Source of the DNA: a virus
IMG/VR virus record: IMGVR_UViG_3300020204_004581
Strand: one strand, 5' to 3'
DNA length: 64,000 nucleotides
In this document: positions 1 through 8,894 of the stretch, in pieces
Position numbering within the stretch: position 1 is the first letter of the stretch
How the letters are laid out: each line of letters starts with the position of its first letter
Program-made: the position numbers and the translations under genes
Notes under the pieces: model-generated
Told to the model about the DNA's origin: nothing
Database searches by the model: none
What the model saw: only the letters and a program-made list of their open reading frames with translations

Positions 1-558
1 GTATTCCTTACCTTTAGGTGTTTTTGATTTTGTCAGTTCGATGATAAGATCACGACCTTTATCTTGGTCAGTAATATCACCTTTATTTCTCCAAATCGGG
101 ATGATTTTGTCGAGAATACCCTCATTCTTGTAGTTGTGTTTGAAACGCCAAAACTTTGGTCCCTCATCCTCTTTGTCACGGTCTATAACTTTTACGATGT
201 AGAACTTACGTGACTTATATTGTTTTGCGAGTTCTTTGTCTGACTCCTTACCTGTTGAGATCAGCTCTTCGTAGACTTCATTCAATGGAGAACGTTCGTT
301 ATCGTTTTTTCCTGGATCGTAGAACTTTTGCCATTTACCACCAACTTGGATTTCGTGATACCAAGCTTCTTTGAATGGTGATGATCCATCAGGTGTGGGA
401 AGAATTCTAATTTTTCTTGATCCTGAACTTTCTTTGTCTTCAAGAATAAGAGCGAAGTATTTCTTCATTCTTTCCTCTTGTGACATTTTTGATTGGGCCC
501 CGCCCGATGACTGTTTGTTTTTTTCGTACTGTGCCAATACGGCATCTAATGCACTCAT
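1..558 (-). CDS. T4 gp32-like single-stranded DNA-binding protein (5' part; runs off window edge)
   Basis: Not in ORF track. Manual translation from ATG at 558: MSALDAVLAQYEKNK...KIRILPTPDGSSPFKEAWYHEIQVGGKWQKFYDPG...RKFYIVKVIDRDKEDEGPKFWRF...GDITDQDKGRDLIIELTK. The IRILP, F..V.VIDR...G...W and DITD...G.D motifs are gp32-like. Confidence 0.8.
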   Translation of the reverse strand, partial: MSALDAVLAQYEKNKQSSGGAQSKMSQEERMKKYFALILEDKESSGSRKIRILPTPDGSSPFKEAWYHEIQVGGKWQKFYDPGKNDNERSPLNEVYEELISTGKESDKELAKQYKSRKFYIVKVIDRDKEDEGPKFWRFKHNYKNEGILDKIIPIWRNKGDITDQDKGRDLIIELTKSKTPKGKEY

Positions 559-595
559 GATTACTCTGTTTTAAATTGTTTATTAATGTATGTAA

Positions 596-625
596 AATAT
601 AGTTGAACTTGGGGTATCTGTCAAA
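596..625 (-). promoter_or_regulatory. Early/host-RNAP-type promoter of the SSB gene
   Basis: Minus strand reads (T)TTGACA-17 nt-TATATT(TT), about 40 nt upstream of the ATG at 558. Confidence 0.7.
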
Positions 626-652
626 TAAAAAAGGGATTAGTTTCCTAATCCC
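626..652 (-). terminator. Rho-independent terminator ending the late tail/baseplate transcript
   Basis: Minus strand GGGATTAG-GAAA-CTAATCCC followed by TTTTTT. Confidence 0.85.
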
Positions 653-672
653 CTCTTGTGTGTATATTACTT

Positions 673-1314
673 TTAATAACCAAAATCTTTTACATTGTCT
701 GGTTTTGGTTGGAATGTATCCTTGATTTCTGAAGGGTTGATGTCTGTTACATCATCTGGTGTAAGTACATAGTCCCTCTTACCTGTCTTTTCCATTTCCT
801 CTTCTTTTTCGTCGAAAAATTGTGAAAGTTTTTGATTAAAAGGATAGGAATCGTAACTTCTTAGTTCAAGTCTTTCTTCAGGAGTTTTTGTTCTATATTT
901 TTCAATTTTGTTTTCGATTGAATTCAATCTTGCCATAATACTATCCATCTCAGAAAGTTTCTGTTCAAGTGAATTCAATTGATTAAATAGGTTTTCAAAA
1001 TAGTCGTCCTGCTTTGTTTCTATTTTTTTTTGTGAATCTACAAGTTCTGTTACATCCAATTCTTCAGTACCCTCTTCTTCACCCTCTTGACTTTTACCTT
1101 TCATGTCAATTTTCTCGACATCAGGATCATTTTCTACGTCTATCTTTTCAGGGGTAGCCGCGGATTCAGGTGCTGCTGCAGCGGGATCTGCAGGAGCTTG
1201 TCCCGCAATAGGATCTTCAGGGGCAGCTACAGCCGCAGCTTCTTGTTCTGTTATGTAACGATTTACTTTATTGTATTTTTCAATCTCAGCTAAAATTTTC
1301 TTATCCAAGCTCAT
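673..1314 (-). CDS. Hypothetical acidic/coiled-coil protein, possibly a virion internal protein
   Basis: 213 aa ORF with an Ala/Pro-rich acidic linker and a central coiled coil; N-terminus ILAEI...YITEQ. Confidence 0.6.
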   Translation of the reverse strand: MSLDKKILAEIEKYNKVNRYITEQEAAAVAAPEDPIAGQAPADPAAAAPESAATPEKIDVENDPDVEKIDMKGKSQEGEEEGTEELDVTELVDSQKKIETKQDDYFENLFNQLNSLEQKLSEMDSIMARLNSIENKIEKYRTKTPEERLELRSYDSYPFNQKLSQFFDEKEEEMEKTGKRDYVLTPDDVTDINPSEIKDTFQPKPDNVKDFGY

Positions 1315-1317
1315 TTC

Positions 1318-1542
1318 TTATCCGTTTAATAATTGTTTAACACCGTGTGGTGTCTCAACTCTAACTTTTTTATTTATCGTTATGGTATTATCAACCCTTT
1401 CAATAAGTCCATCTTTTATACGAACTGTATAACAGTCACCAGTATCTAAATCACAAACTTGTTTTGTACCGTCACCATTATCCATTTCTGAATATCTTGT
1501 AGACTTACCCAAGTAGTTGTCTAAGGCTTCTTTGATGTTCAT
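1318..1542 (-). CDS. Hypothetical protein
   Basis: 74 aa, tightly packed with neighbours, preceded by TATTTATA; contains CDLDTGDC. Confidence 0.65.
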   Translation of the reverse strand: MNIKEALDNYLGKSTRYSEMDNGDGTKQVCDLDTGDCYTVRIKDGLIERVDNTITINKKVRVETPHGVKQLLNG

Positions 1543-1576
1543 ACTTTTTTTATTTATAAATATACTGCAAATACAA

Positions 1577-4500
1577 TTATGTACATTTCTTACCGTAAAG
1601 AATTATTTCCCTACCGTTGGTTCCATTAGGGTAACACACACCACATGGGTCCTCAAGTATTTCCTGATAGTCTTGTTCGTCAATCAATTGATTAGCAATG
1701 AAGTTCAGACCAGGACATCCTAATGGTAACACTACTTGTACAATACTATATGAATATTCAGGATATTCTTTGATTTTGAATCTTATACCTATTTTATCTT
1801 TGTCGTTAGCCGCGGCACTAAGTTCTCTCGTATAAGAGTTAGGTGTTATAAATTCGAAGGAGTTACCACCTGTGGTTGATTTAACCATAATACTTGATCC
1901 AATTTTTACTTCACCACCCATTCCTGTTAATGGGACTAAGTAGATGTCGACAGGGTAATCCTTGCTAAGGGTGTTGGGACCTATAACTCCTTTGATTTTT
2001 AACTTTCCATCATTTTGTACATTTGCATTAATTACATAAACTATACCAGTGTTTGGAATCCTGGCGTTTGAGAAAATTGTTCTATCGGTAGCGTTAGGTG
2101 TAACATTGGAGTTTACCTGTTGTCCTGACGGTGTAGTCGTTGTTGGGTTTGCCGTTGAAACGTATGGTATTCCTGCAGTTGGGAATAATGCTGCAATCTT
2201 TGTCATTGCTTCTTCTATCTTGGCTTTGACTTGTTTTCCTTGGTTCGTTTCAAAATTTTTCTGTTGTTTCTCGTCTCTAATCTGTGGCCAAAATCTCTTA
2301 TAGTAATTGTACATTGCATCAGCCGTTGGTATAAATGAGTTCGCCGACACAGTCTCGAATTCAGTAGCTTTACATGATTGATCTAAAGAGTCGAACATAA
2401 ATCCTAAAAACTTAGCCAAGGTTTCAAATCTAGCGAACGGTTTGGATTGTTGACCTTTATCAGTTCCCACGTTGACACAACAGAATTGTTTTTGAAAATA
2501 TTTGTTAGACTTACCTACACCCCAATCTATTTGTAGACTGACATTTGTGTAATTGTTTCCGAAAGACTTCATTTCTTCTCCCTTAGCGGATGAAACATAA
2601 CTGAACACAAAGACAGCCATTGCAAGTTGTGATCTCTTTTTTTCATCGGAAGACGAACTATTGTTATTGTTTTTCATTTCATTTACGAAAGTTTGTAGGC
2701 TTGTTTTCGTTTCGTTAGCGGCAGTGACACTATAATCCTTTTGGTACGTTGTAACACCTGTTGTTATTAGTTCTACACAACTGTTTTGAGCAGCATTCGT
2801 TTTGTCGCTCGTTTGATTTACCTCTCCTATGTTTGGTTTGACGGTAGCTGTTTTCAGATCCGTGGTTGTTAGTTTTTGTAATAAATTTTTATTCAAACTT
2901 ATCAAATAATTGTTAGGTCTTATGCTTGAAAATACTCGTTGTCTGACTCCCGAAAATGTTGTTTCAAAAACACCTGGACTAATTGTGTGTTGAACCGAAG
3001 TTATCAAATATGCTCCGTTAAACATCGGAACGTGGTTTAAACAGAAATACATTGTGGGTTGTAATAGTGCGTTTCCCAAGCATGTCACAGTGCTAGCGTA
3101 GCTCCTTTCGTTGTATATGTTCAGCAATGACACGTTATTCGAAACTACATCCCTACCTGAGGATTGATTTGCTAAATTATTGACTGCGACTAAACTTTCG
3201 GTAGTTGCCTTACCTATATCTTGTGATATTGTAAATTGTTTGAAAACATTTTGATTTCTAATACCCATATCAACGTTAAATCCTACACATCTGTTGGAGA
3301 GGGCGTAGTTTGTTTCTTTTCCGTCATCTGAAATCACTGGATTATCCGTTATACTATTACAATTGAATCCATCGTTTTTATATCGGAAATCTTTGTTTCT
3401 TCCCAATTCAGGGTAATTAGAAGGTTTCTCAGAATAAAAACAGACCAATTTTGGTTGTGAGTTTCTATAATCAACGTTCAAAAATGTACCCCATAAGTTG
3501 TTTGCAAAGTCTGCAGAACTTTCTGTCTTAGGTACAGGATTCCTACCATCAGGTGTTTGTATGTTATAGAAATTAACATAAGCTGGTAATGGCATAACTG
3601 AGAAGTTATTTTCAACTAGAATACCTGAGATTAATGTAAAAACACTTGCAGCAGTATTAAGATTTCTGACTCTTCTTGGAAGGTCCAACACGTCTACTAA
3701 TATACTATCCCCAACGCTTCTTGATGCTCTATCTACAAATAGGAAATCTTGTAATAGTGTCTCTTCGTTGTAGGCATTCCCTGAAATCCATTTGTCATTG
3801 AGAGCTTTGAACATTTCATAAAGTTGTGCTTTTACTAGATCACCTGAAATTGCACTTTTGATCTTACCTTGTACAGGATAGTTAACATCAGGTAATCCTT
3901 TCTGTAAGTTTGAAAATAAATTATTGAAAACGTTCTTGTGATACTCCAACATCTGATTAGAATACTCTCGGACTAAATTTTGGAATGAAACTGAATTCAG
4001 AGATTTGTCACTTAGTTTCTGAGTGGCATATATTCTTATAAGTGGTGCACATATAAGGACGTTGTTTTTATTAAACCTAATATTATTGTCTACAAAAAAA
4101 TCTGTTATAAATGATCCGTCGTCATTAAATATTAATTCAGGGATTGTTGTGGGTCCCACTTGTAAAAGTAGTTCTTTCCAAGCCTCAGGATTTGCCGCAA
4201 TAGATGCGGATAAGGTTACATTACCACCAAGGGTAGGCAGGGATCCTGTCACATATGTTTCGAATTTGAATGGATCCACCAATCTAAAATCTACGGACGT
4301 AGTTGTTGATGGTGTGGAGGTATTGTCAACAAAAATATACCCTGTTTTATAGTCAGGGTTGAAACTGTCAAACAATTTTCTATTGTAGTTTGATGGATTA
4401 CCCATTCTGAGTACAACATCATACTCCATAAAATTATTCAAGATTGATATTACGTTACCAAATTGTTGGGTTATGGCGCTTTTCAAATAATCTTTTATTG

Positions 4501-7500
4501 GTTGATTGACTTCGGGACTTCTGATTTCAAAAAACTCTCTTACCATAAGTTGAAAATTCTTCAAGTATCTATTGGGGTCATTTGTATCAACATTCAGGGT
4601 AATCTTGGGCTGGCTTGGACCAACATTATCGTTTATGTTATAAACCGATTTACTGAAATCGAGGAACTTTTGTTCCATTATCTCTAACTGTTCTTTGTTG
4701 AAAACTGCAAAAATTTCTTCAATACTTGAATAAGTAAAACCCAAACTCATAGGTTGTACTTCACCTTCTGGTTGGACCAAAGTCATGTACTCATTCGGGT
4801 TTGGCTTTGGATTTCTTAGAATATCAAAATAACCGTAGTTTGGTGCCCCCCAAAATGATCTCACACTACCATTGTATATTGCAGAATTATCTAAAATATT
4901 GATGGTTGATTTATACGTTCCTTGAGTCGATGTTGTATCAAAAATTGAATATGGAACTTGATTGTATATCGATCCGAATGAGGGTGAAGTGTAATAAGTC
5001 CCCGTTGAAGTATTTTTTATTGTGGTTGTCCACGGATTCATTCTGAAGATATTGAATGGAGTACCCGCCGACACAAATGTCTGATCCACATTAGATTCAT
5101 TGATGTTACCTACTTTCATAGTCACATCAACATACAATTGTATTTCTTCATCGGAATAGGTTGAAAAACACGGCTCACCGTTCAAGAACACATTCATGTC
5201 GTTTATCAATTTAGGATAAAATCCTGATTGTATGGTTTGACTTGTGAAGGAAATTGGCGCTTGAGGTGTTGTTGTACTAAAATAATATCCTTGTAAATAT
5301 ACTTTGGATAAAGTGTCCGGTTCGAAACTCAATTCATATACTTTGTCAACTCTACCCGTTACCGGATCGAAATTGTTCACGTAGTCAAAATTTTTCCAAC
5401 AAGTATCAAGTATGTCAACATTATCATTTACAAACTTTTTGTATCTGTGGTAGATTGAACCTAACTTTAGAATCCAAGGATATGGTAATTTGTGGACACC
5501 TCCGAATCTTTTGATTGAAGAAGCAATATAATCTAAACTCTCAACTCCTCCCTTATTCTTGTAGGTTCCTCTCAACGTAGATAAAGGAAGTGAGTTCAAT
5601 AACAGATACGCACCTTGTACAAATGGATATTCTTTTTTGGCCTGCCAATCAGCAACACCGTTCTGTAAGGCGTTTACAAAATAAGATGTATTAAGGATAG
5701 ATGTGGTTTGGGCGACATAATCATTTCCATTTGAACCCACGCAGATTCCTTCCGTAGAAAGAAATTGTGATGGTTTATCTCTGTATTGATAAAATATATT
5801 AAGGTTGTTTTGTGGTACAACGGGCTGAGTGAAGTTTTTATAACTAAAGCTTGTAACAGGTCTAATACTTTCATTAGTGGTCGTCTCTATAAAATTAGTG
5901 ATAACTTTTTTATCATTATTTACAAATAAAGTATTCTTTGTGTTGTAAAATAATCCAGCCAAACCCTTTGCACTTGTTTCTAAGTTTGTCTGGTCCCAAC
6001 TTATATTGGTGAAAGGATATGTGTCACAAAAGTCGGGCTTTACGTTTGTTTCAATAAGGGTTTTGAAATTATTTAGGTCTGTTTGAGTAAGACCTCTATT
6101 CACCGTTGGACTTGCTCCCTGTATCGTGCTATTATCGTAGATTTCAAAAGGTCTTTCCACCTCACTTTGAATATACGATGTTGCAAAAATGTCTCTAATT
6201 AATTTTTGTATTGAAGGGCCAGTACCTTGATTTGATATATGGGATAAGACACCTAAATAGTTTTCGAAGTTGAAACCGTAGTTTTTCAACTTCTGTATAA
6301 GGAAGGGTGATGATATACCCAAAGCATTAATAATATTATCTGCCTCATTTCTTCCAATCGTTTCATATATTTCTTTGATATTACCACCTCTTTGAAATCT
6401 ATTATAATGTGAATTCAAATAAGTTCTCTCCCAAATTTCAAAGAAAAACTTGACTTCCTCTTTGGAAAAATAAGGTAAATTACTTTGTGGAAATTCAATT
6501 CCGTTTAGTGTTAATCTATTAATTTCTTCCTCTTCGTTTTCTTTCGTTGTGGTATCAGGCACTTGTGGTCCTCTTTCTGTTGTCGCTTTGATGAACTCTT
6601 CAACAAATTCAACCTCAGGCCATTTTTTATAGTCAAATGCTTTAGTAGAGTCTACAACACTGGCGTCGCCTGGATATTGAATCACGAATCTTTGGGGGTT
6701 TTTATCGTCTTGTACAAAATATTGTGGCCATGGATATATCGGAACTAAATTTTGTTTGTTGAGAATTTGTACATCGTCCTTAGCATCAGAAGATGGATAT
6801 TTCAAAACAGCTGTTCTTCTATCAGGATCTTCCCTCTGATCCCAAGCCTTTTTATGTACATCGTCGAGTAATCTGATAAAAGCCTCGGTCGAAGCCATTA
6901 TAACTGTAATAATATTCTTAATTGATGGTCTGAATCCAACACCTTGATCCTTACTTTCTAGTCTAGCAGCCAAAACCGCAGTGATTCTCTCCTCTTCTGC
7001 TTGGGCCTTTGAGTTCAGAGTTTCATACATTTTATTTATTAAACCTGTGAACCTACCATTACCTTCAAAGACATACAACTTTACCTTGTCACTTTTTTCT
7101 TGTCCTTGATCATTGAATTCTATTTTAAGTAATAATTCTTTAGCAATTTGGGCTCTTAACTCAGCTTCTTCTGATGTCTCAGGTTTTCTATCTACTTTTT
7201 TTCTGATTTTGAAAGTGGCAACATAATCTATTGAACTAGATTCGATTTCCACAAACATGTTTTCATATGTAACGGTGCTTTTAACTTCCAAGTTTTTATC
7301 TTTTCCACCCTCTGATCCGAATACTGAGTTTTGAGCCAATTTTGAATTGTTTTCTGTTACAAGACTTTTAAGTTTACTATCAACCTCTTGTTTTTGAGTT
7401 ACACCATTTGTATTAGTTCCTTCTTGTACTGCTTTTTTTAATGGATACAAAGTTTCACCCATACCCTTAACAATAATTGCCTTCTCTTGATCACAATTGA

Positions 7501-8581
7501 CTTCAAACCAAGAATCTTTGTTTGTGTATATTACCCCTAAAAAAGTGTCCAAGTCTTTACTGAATGTTTTACTTTCAGTTAGTGATGATACGTCTTCTTT
7601 TGTCCAACAATTTACTAAGTTCTGCTCAAACAACTCCAATCTATTCAAAAGTTCGTCAAGAGCTAGCTCGGGGAAATCATTTGGTATCAATCCTTTCTGT
7701 TTGTAATCTCTGTAGACTTCATGTATTTTGGCGGTACCACCTTCCTCAAATTGAGTTATCGATGCTGATTTTGTTGAATCAGACAATTTTTTACTGATCG
7801 TGTATTGACTTTGATACATGTGTGGAACTGACAGTATCGACTGTAAAGATATTTCGTTAAGTATGTTGAACTTATACCCATAAAATTGTAATGTTACTCC
7901 ATAGTTTCCCGAAAAAGTATTGAATCTTGCATTGAACGAAATCAAGTTCAATTGATATCTGATTGCTTGTCCATAAAAACCTTTGAGAGTTAGGTAGAAT
8001 GGTGGATATGGTAATTGGAAAAAAGCGGCGTATGGTGATAAATCTCCTTTTTCAAATAAAGCTCTTCCTTGTATATCCTCCAACTCTATTGTAACCTGAG
8101 GTATAAATGATGTATCTATCTTACAGTTGATTTGTGTGATTCCAAGTAATCCAGTATCATTTTGATTTTGTGTTGGTAGACCCGGTTCCAAATTTGCTAC
8201 TGGTTTTTGTCCCGTTGGTGGTACGAAAGAGGCTGAAGATTTATTATTACTTCCTTTATTGAGCACCCCGAGACCTGTAATTTCGTTTGTATAATCATTG
8301 GTCAAATACTTTTGACCACCTGGTTTCATGAAATTTATTTCTGCGATAGAAACTGTACTAATTTGATCTTGAACTGTTTGTCCTACGGCTAATTTGGTTC
8401 TTGGTAACAGTTTTGTTTCCAAGTTAGCATACATTACCAAGTTTTCTTGGGCAACAGATCTCTCTTTAATCTTTCCTTGGTTGTCAACTATTTTATTAGG
8501 ATCAACCACAATAAAATTTTGAACGTCAAAATCTACATAGATATTTCCGTCCTGTCCTGTGAATACACTATTACCTGCCAT
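1577..8581 (-). CDS. Giant baseplate hub-like protein (gp27/VgrG-hub-like N- and C-terminal segments around a large insertion)
   Basis: 2334 aa. N-terminal LGITQINCKIDTSFIPQVTIELEDIQG and C-terminal STVTCLGNALLQPTMYF...GAYLITSVQHTISPGVFETTFSG resemble hub barrel motifs. Lies directly after the wedge gene. Confidence 0.55.
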   Translation of the reverse strand: MAGNSVFTGQDGNIYVDFDVQNFIVVDPNKIVDNQGKIKERSVAQENLVMYANLETKLLPRTKLAVGQTVQDQISTVSIAEINFMKPGGQKYLTNDYTNEITGLGVLNKGSNNKSSASFVPPTGQKPVANLEPGLPTQNQNDTGLLGITQINCKIDTSFIPQVTIELEDIQGRALFEKGDLSPYAAFFQLPYPPFYLTLKGFYGQAIRYQLNLISFNARFNTFSGNYGVTLQFYGYKFNILNEISLQSILSVPHMYQSQYTISKKLSDSTKSASITQFEEGGTAKIHEVYRDYKQKGLIPNDFPELALDELLNRLELFEQNLVNCWTKEDVSSLTESKTFSKDLDTFLGVIYTNKDSWFEVNCDQEKAIIVKGMGETLYPLKKAVQEGTNTNGVTQKQEVDSKLKSLVTENNSKLAQNSVFGSEGGKDKNLEVKSTVTYENMFVEIESSSIDYVATFKIRKKVDRKPETSEEAELRAQIAKELLLKIEFNDQGQEKSDKVKLYVFEGNGRFTGLINKMYETLNSKAQAEEERITAVLAARLESKDQGVGFRPSIKNIITVIMASTEAFIRLLDDVHKKAWDQREDPDRRTAVLKYPSSDAKDDVQILNKQNLVPIYPWPQYFVQDDKNPQRFVIQYPGDASVVDSTKAFDYKKWPEVEFVEEFIKATTERGPQVPDTTTKENEEEEINRLTLNGIEFPQSNLPYFSKEEVKFFFEIWERTYLNSHYNRFQRGGNIKEIYETIGRNEADNIINALGISSPFLIQKLKNYGFNFENYLGVLSHISNQGTGPSIQKLIRDIFATSYIQSEVERPFEIYDNSTIQGASPTVNRGLTQTDLNNFKTLIETNVKPDFCDTYPFTNISWDQTNLETSAKGLAGLFYNTKNTLFVNNDKKVITNFIETTTNESIRPVTSFSYKNFTQPVVPQNNLNIFYQYRDKPSQFLSTEGICVGSNGNDYVAQTTSILNTSYFVNALQNGVADWQAKKEYPFVQGAYLLLNSLPLSTLRGTYKNKGGVESLDYIASSIKRFGGVHKLPYPWILKLGSIYHRYKKFVNDNVDILDTCWKNFDYVNNFDPVTGRVDKVYELSFEPDTLSKVYLQGYYFSTTTPQAPISFTSQTIQSGFYPKLINDMNVFLNGEPCFSTYSDEEIQLYVDVTMKVGNINESNVDQTFVSAGTPFNIFRMNPWTTTIKNTSTGTYYTSPSFGSIYNQVPYSIFDTTSTQGTYKSTINILDNSAIYNGSVRSFWGAPNYGYFDILRNPKPNPNEYMTLVQPEGEVQPMSLGFTYSSIEEIFAVFNKEQLEIMEQKFLDFSKSVYNINDNVGPSQPKITLNVDTNDPNRYLKNFQLMVREFFEIRSPEVNQPIKDYLKSAITQQFGNVISILNNFMEYDVVLRMGNPSNYNRKLFDSFNPDYKTGYIFVDNTSTPSTTTSVDFRLVDPFKFETYVTGSLPTLGGNVTLSASIAANPEAWKELLLQVGPTTIPELIFNDDGSFITDFFVDNNIRFNKNNVLICAPLIRIYATQKLSDKSLNSVSFQNLVREYSNQMLEYHKNVFNNLFSNLQKGLPDVNYPVQGKIKSAISGDLVKAQLYEMFKALNDKWISGNAYNEETLLQDFLFVDRASRSVGDSILVDVLDLPRRVRNLNTAASVFTLISGILVENNFSVMPLPAYVNFYNIQTPDGRNPVPKTESSADFANNLWGTFLNVDYRNSQPKLVCFYSEKPSNYPELGRNKDFRYKNDGFNCNSITDNPVISDDGKETNYALSNRCVGFNVDMGIRNQNVFKQFTISQDIGKATTESLVAVNNLANQSSGRDVVSNNVSLLNIYNERSYASTVTCLGNALLQPTMYFCLNHVPMFNGAYLITSVQHTISPGVFETTFSGVRQRVFSSIRPNNYLISLNKNLLQKLTTTDLKTATVKPNIGEVNQTSDKTNAAQNSCVELITTGVTTYQKDYSVTAANETKTSLQTFVNEMKNNNNSSSSDEKKRSQLAMAVFVFSYVSSAKGEEMKSFGNNYTNVSLQIDWGVGKSNKYFQKQFCCVNVGTDKGQQSKPFARFETLAKFLGFMFDSLDQSCKATEFETVSANSFIPTADAMYNYYKRFWPQIRDEKQQKNFETNQGKQVKAKIEEAMTKIAALFPTAGIPYVSTANPTTTTPSGQQVNSNVTPNATDRTIFSNARIPNTGIVYVINANVQNDGKLKIKGVIGPNTLSKDYPVDIYLVPLTGMGGEVKIGSSIMVKSTTGGNSFEFITPNSYTRELSAAANDKDKIGIRFKIKEYPEYSYSIVQVVLPLGCPGLNFIANQLIDEQDYQEILEDPCGVCYPNGTNGREIILYGKKCT

Positions 8582-8894
8582 AATATAAGAACTGGTTATC
8601 CAAAGCCGCTTTATAATCCTGAAGTGAAGTGATTAATGGAAATGGGACAACCAAGAAAGCACCGTCAAAAATGTTCTGTTCTAATCCACCAAATTGGGGA
8701 TTGGCTTGTAATATCAACCATCCAAAATATGGTGATCCATAATATTCATCTGAAACTTTATCAAGTCTACTTCTATTAACTTTATAAATGTGTACTTTGT
8801 CGGTTGGTTTATTGGGTATATTAACAAAGGGCACGACGGTTTGCTCACCATTGATGAGAAACTCTTGGTATCGATTATAGTATTGTCCTCCCAT
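8571..8894 (-). CDS. Baseplate wedge protein, gp53/LysM-like
   Basis: RLDKVSDEYYGSPYFGWLILQANP motif; tail-module position. Confidence 0.7.
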   Translation of the reverse strand: MGGQYYNRYQEFLINGEQTVVPFVNIPNKPTDKVHIYKVNRSRLDKVSDEYYGSPYFGWLILQANPQFGGLEQNIFDGAFLVVPFPLITSLQDYKAALDNQFLYYGR

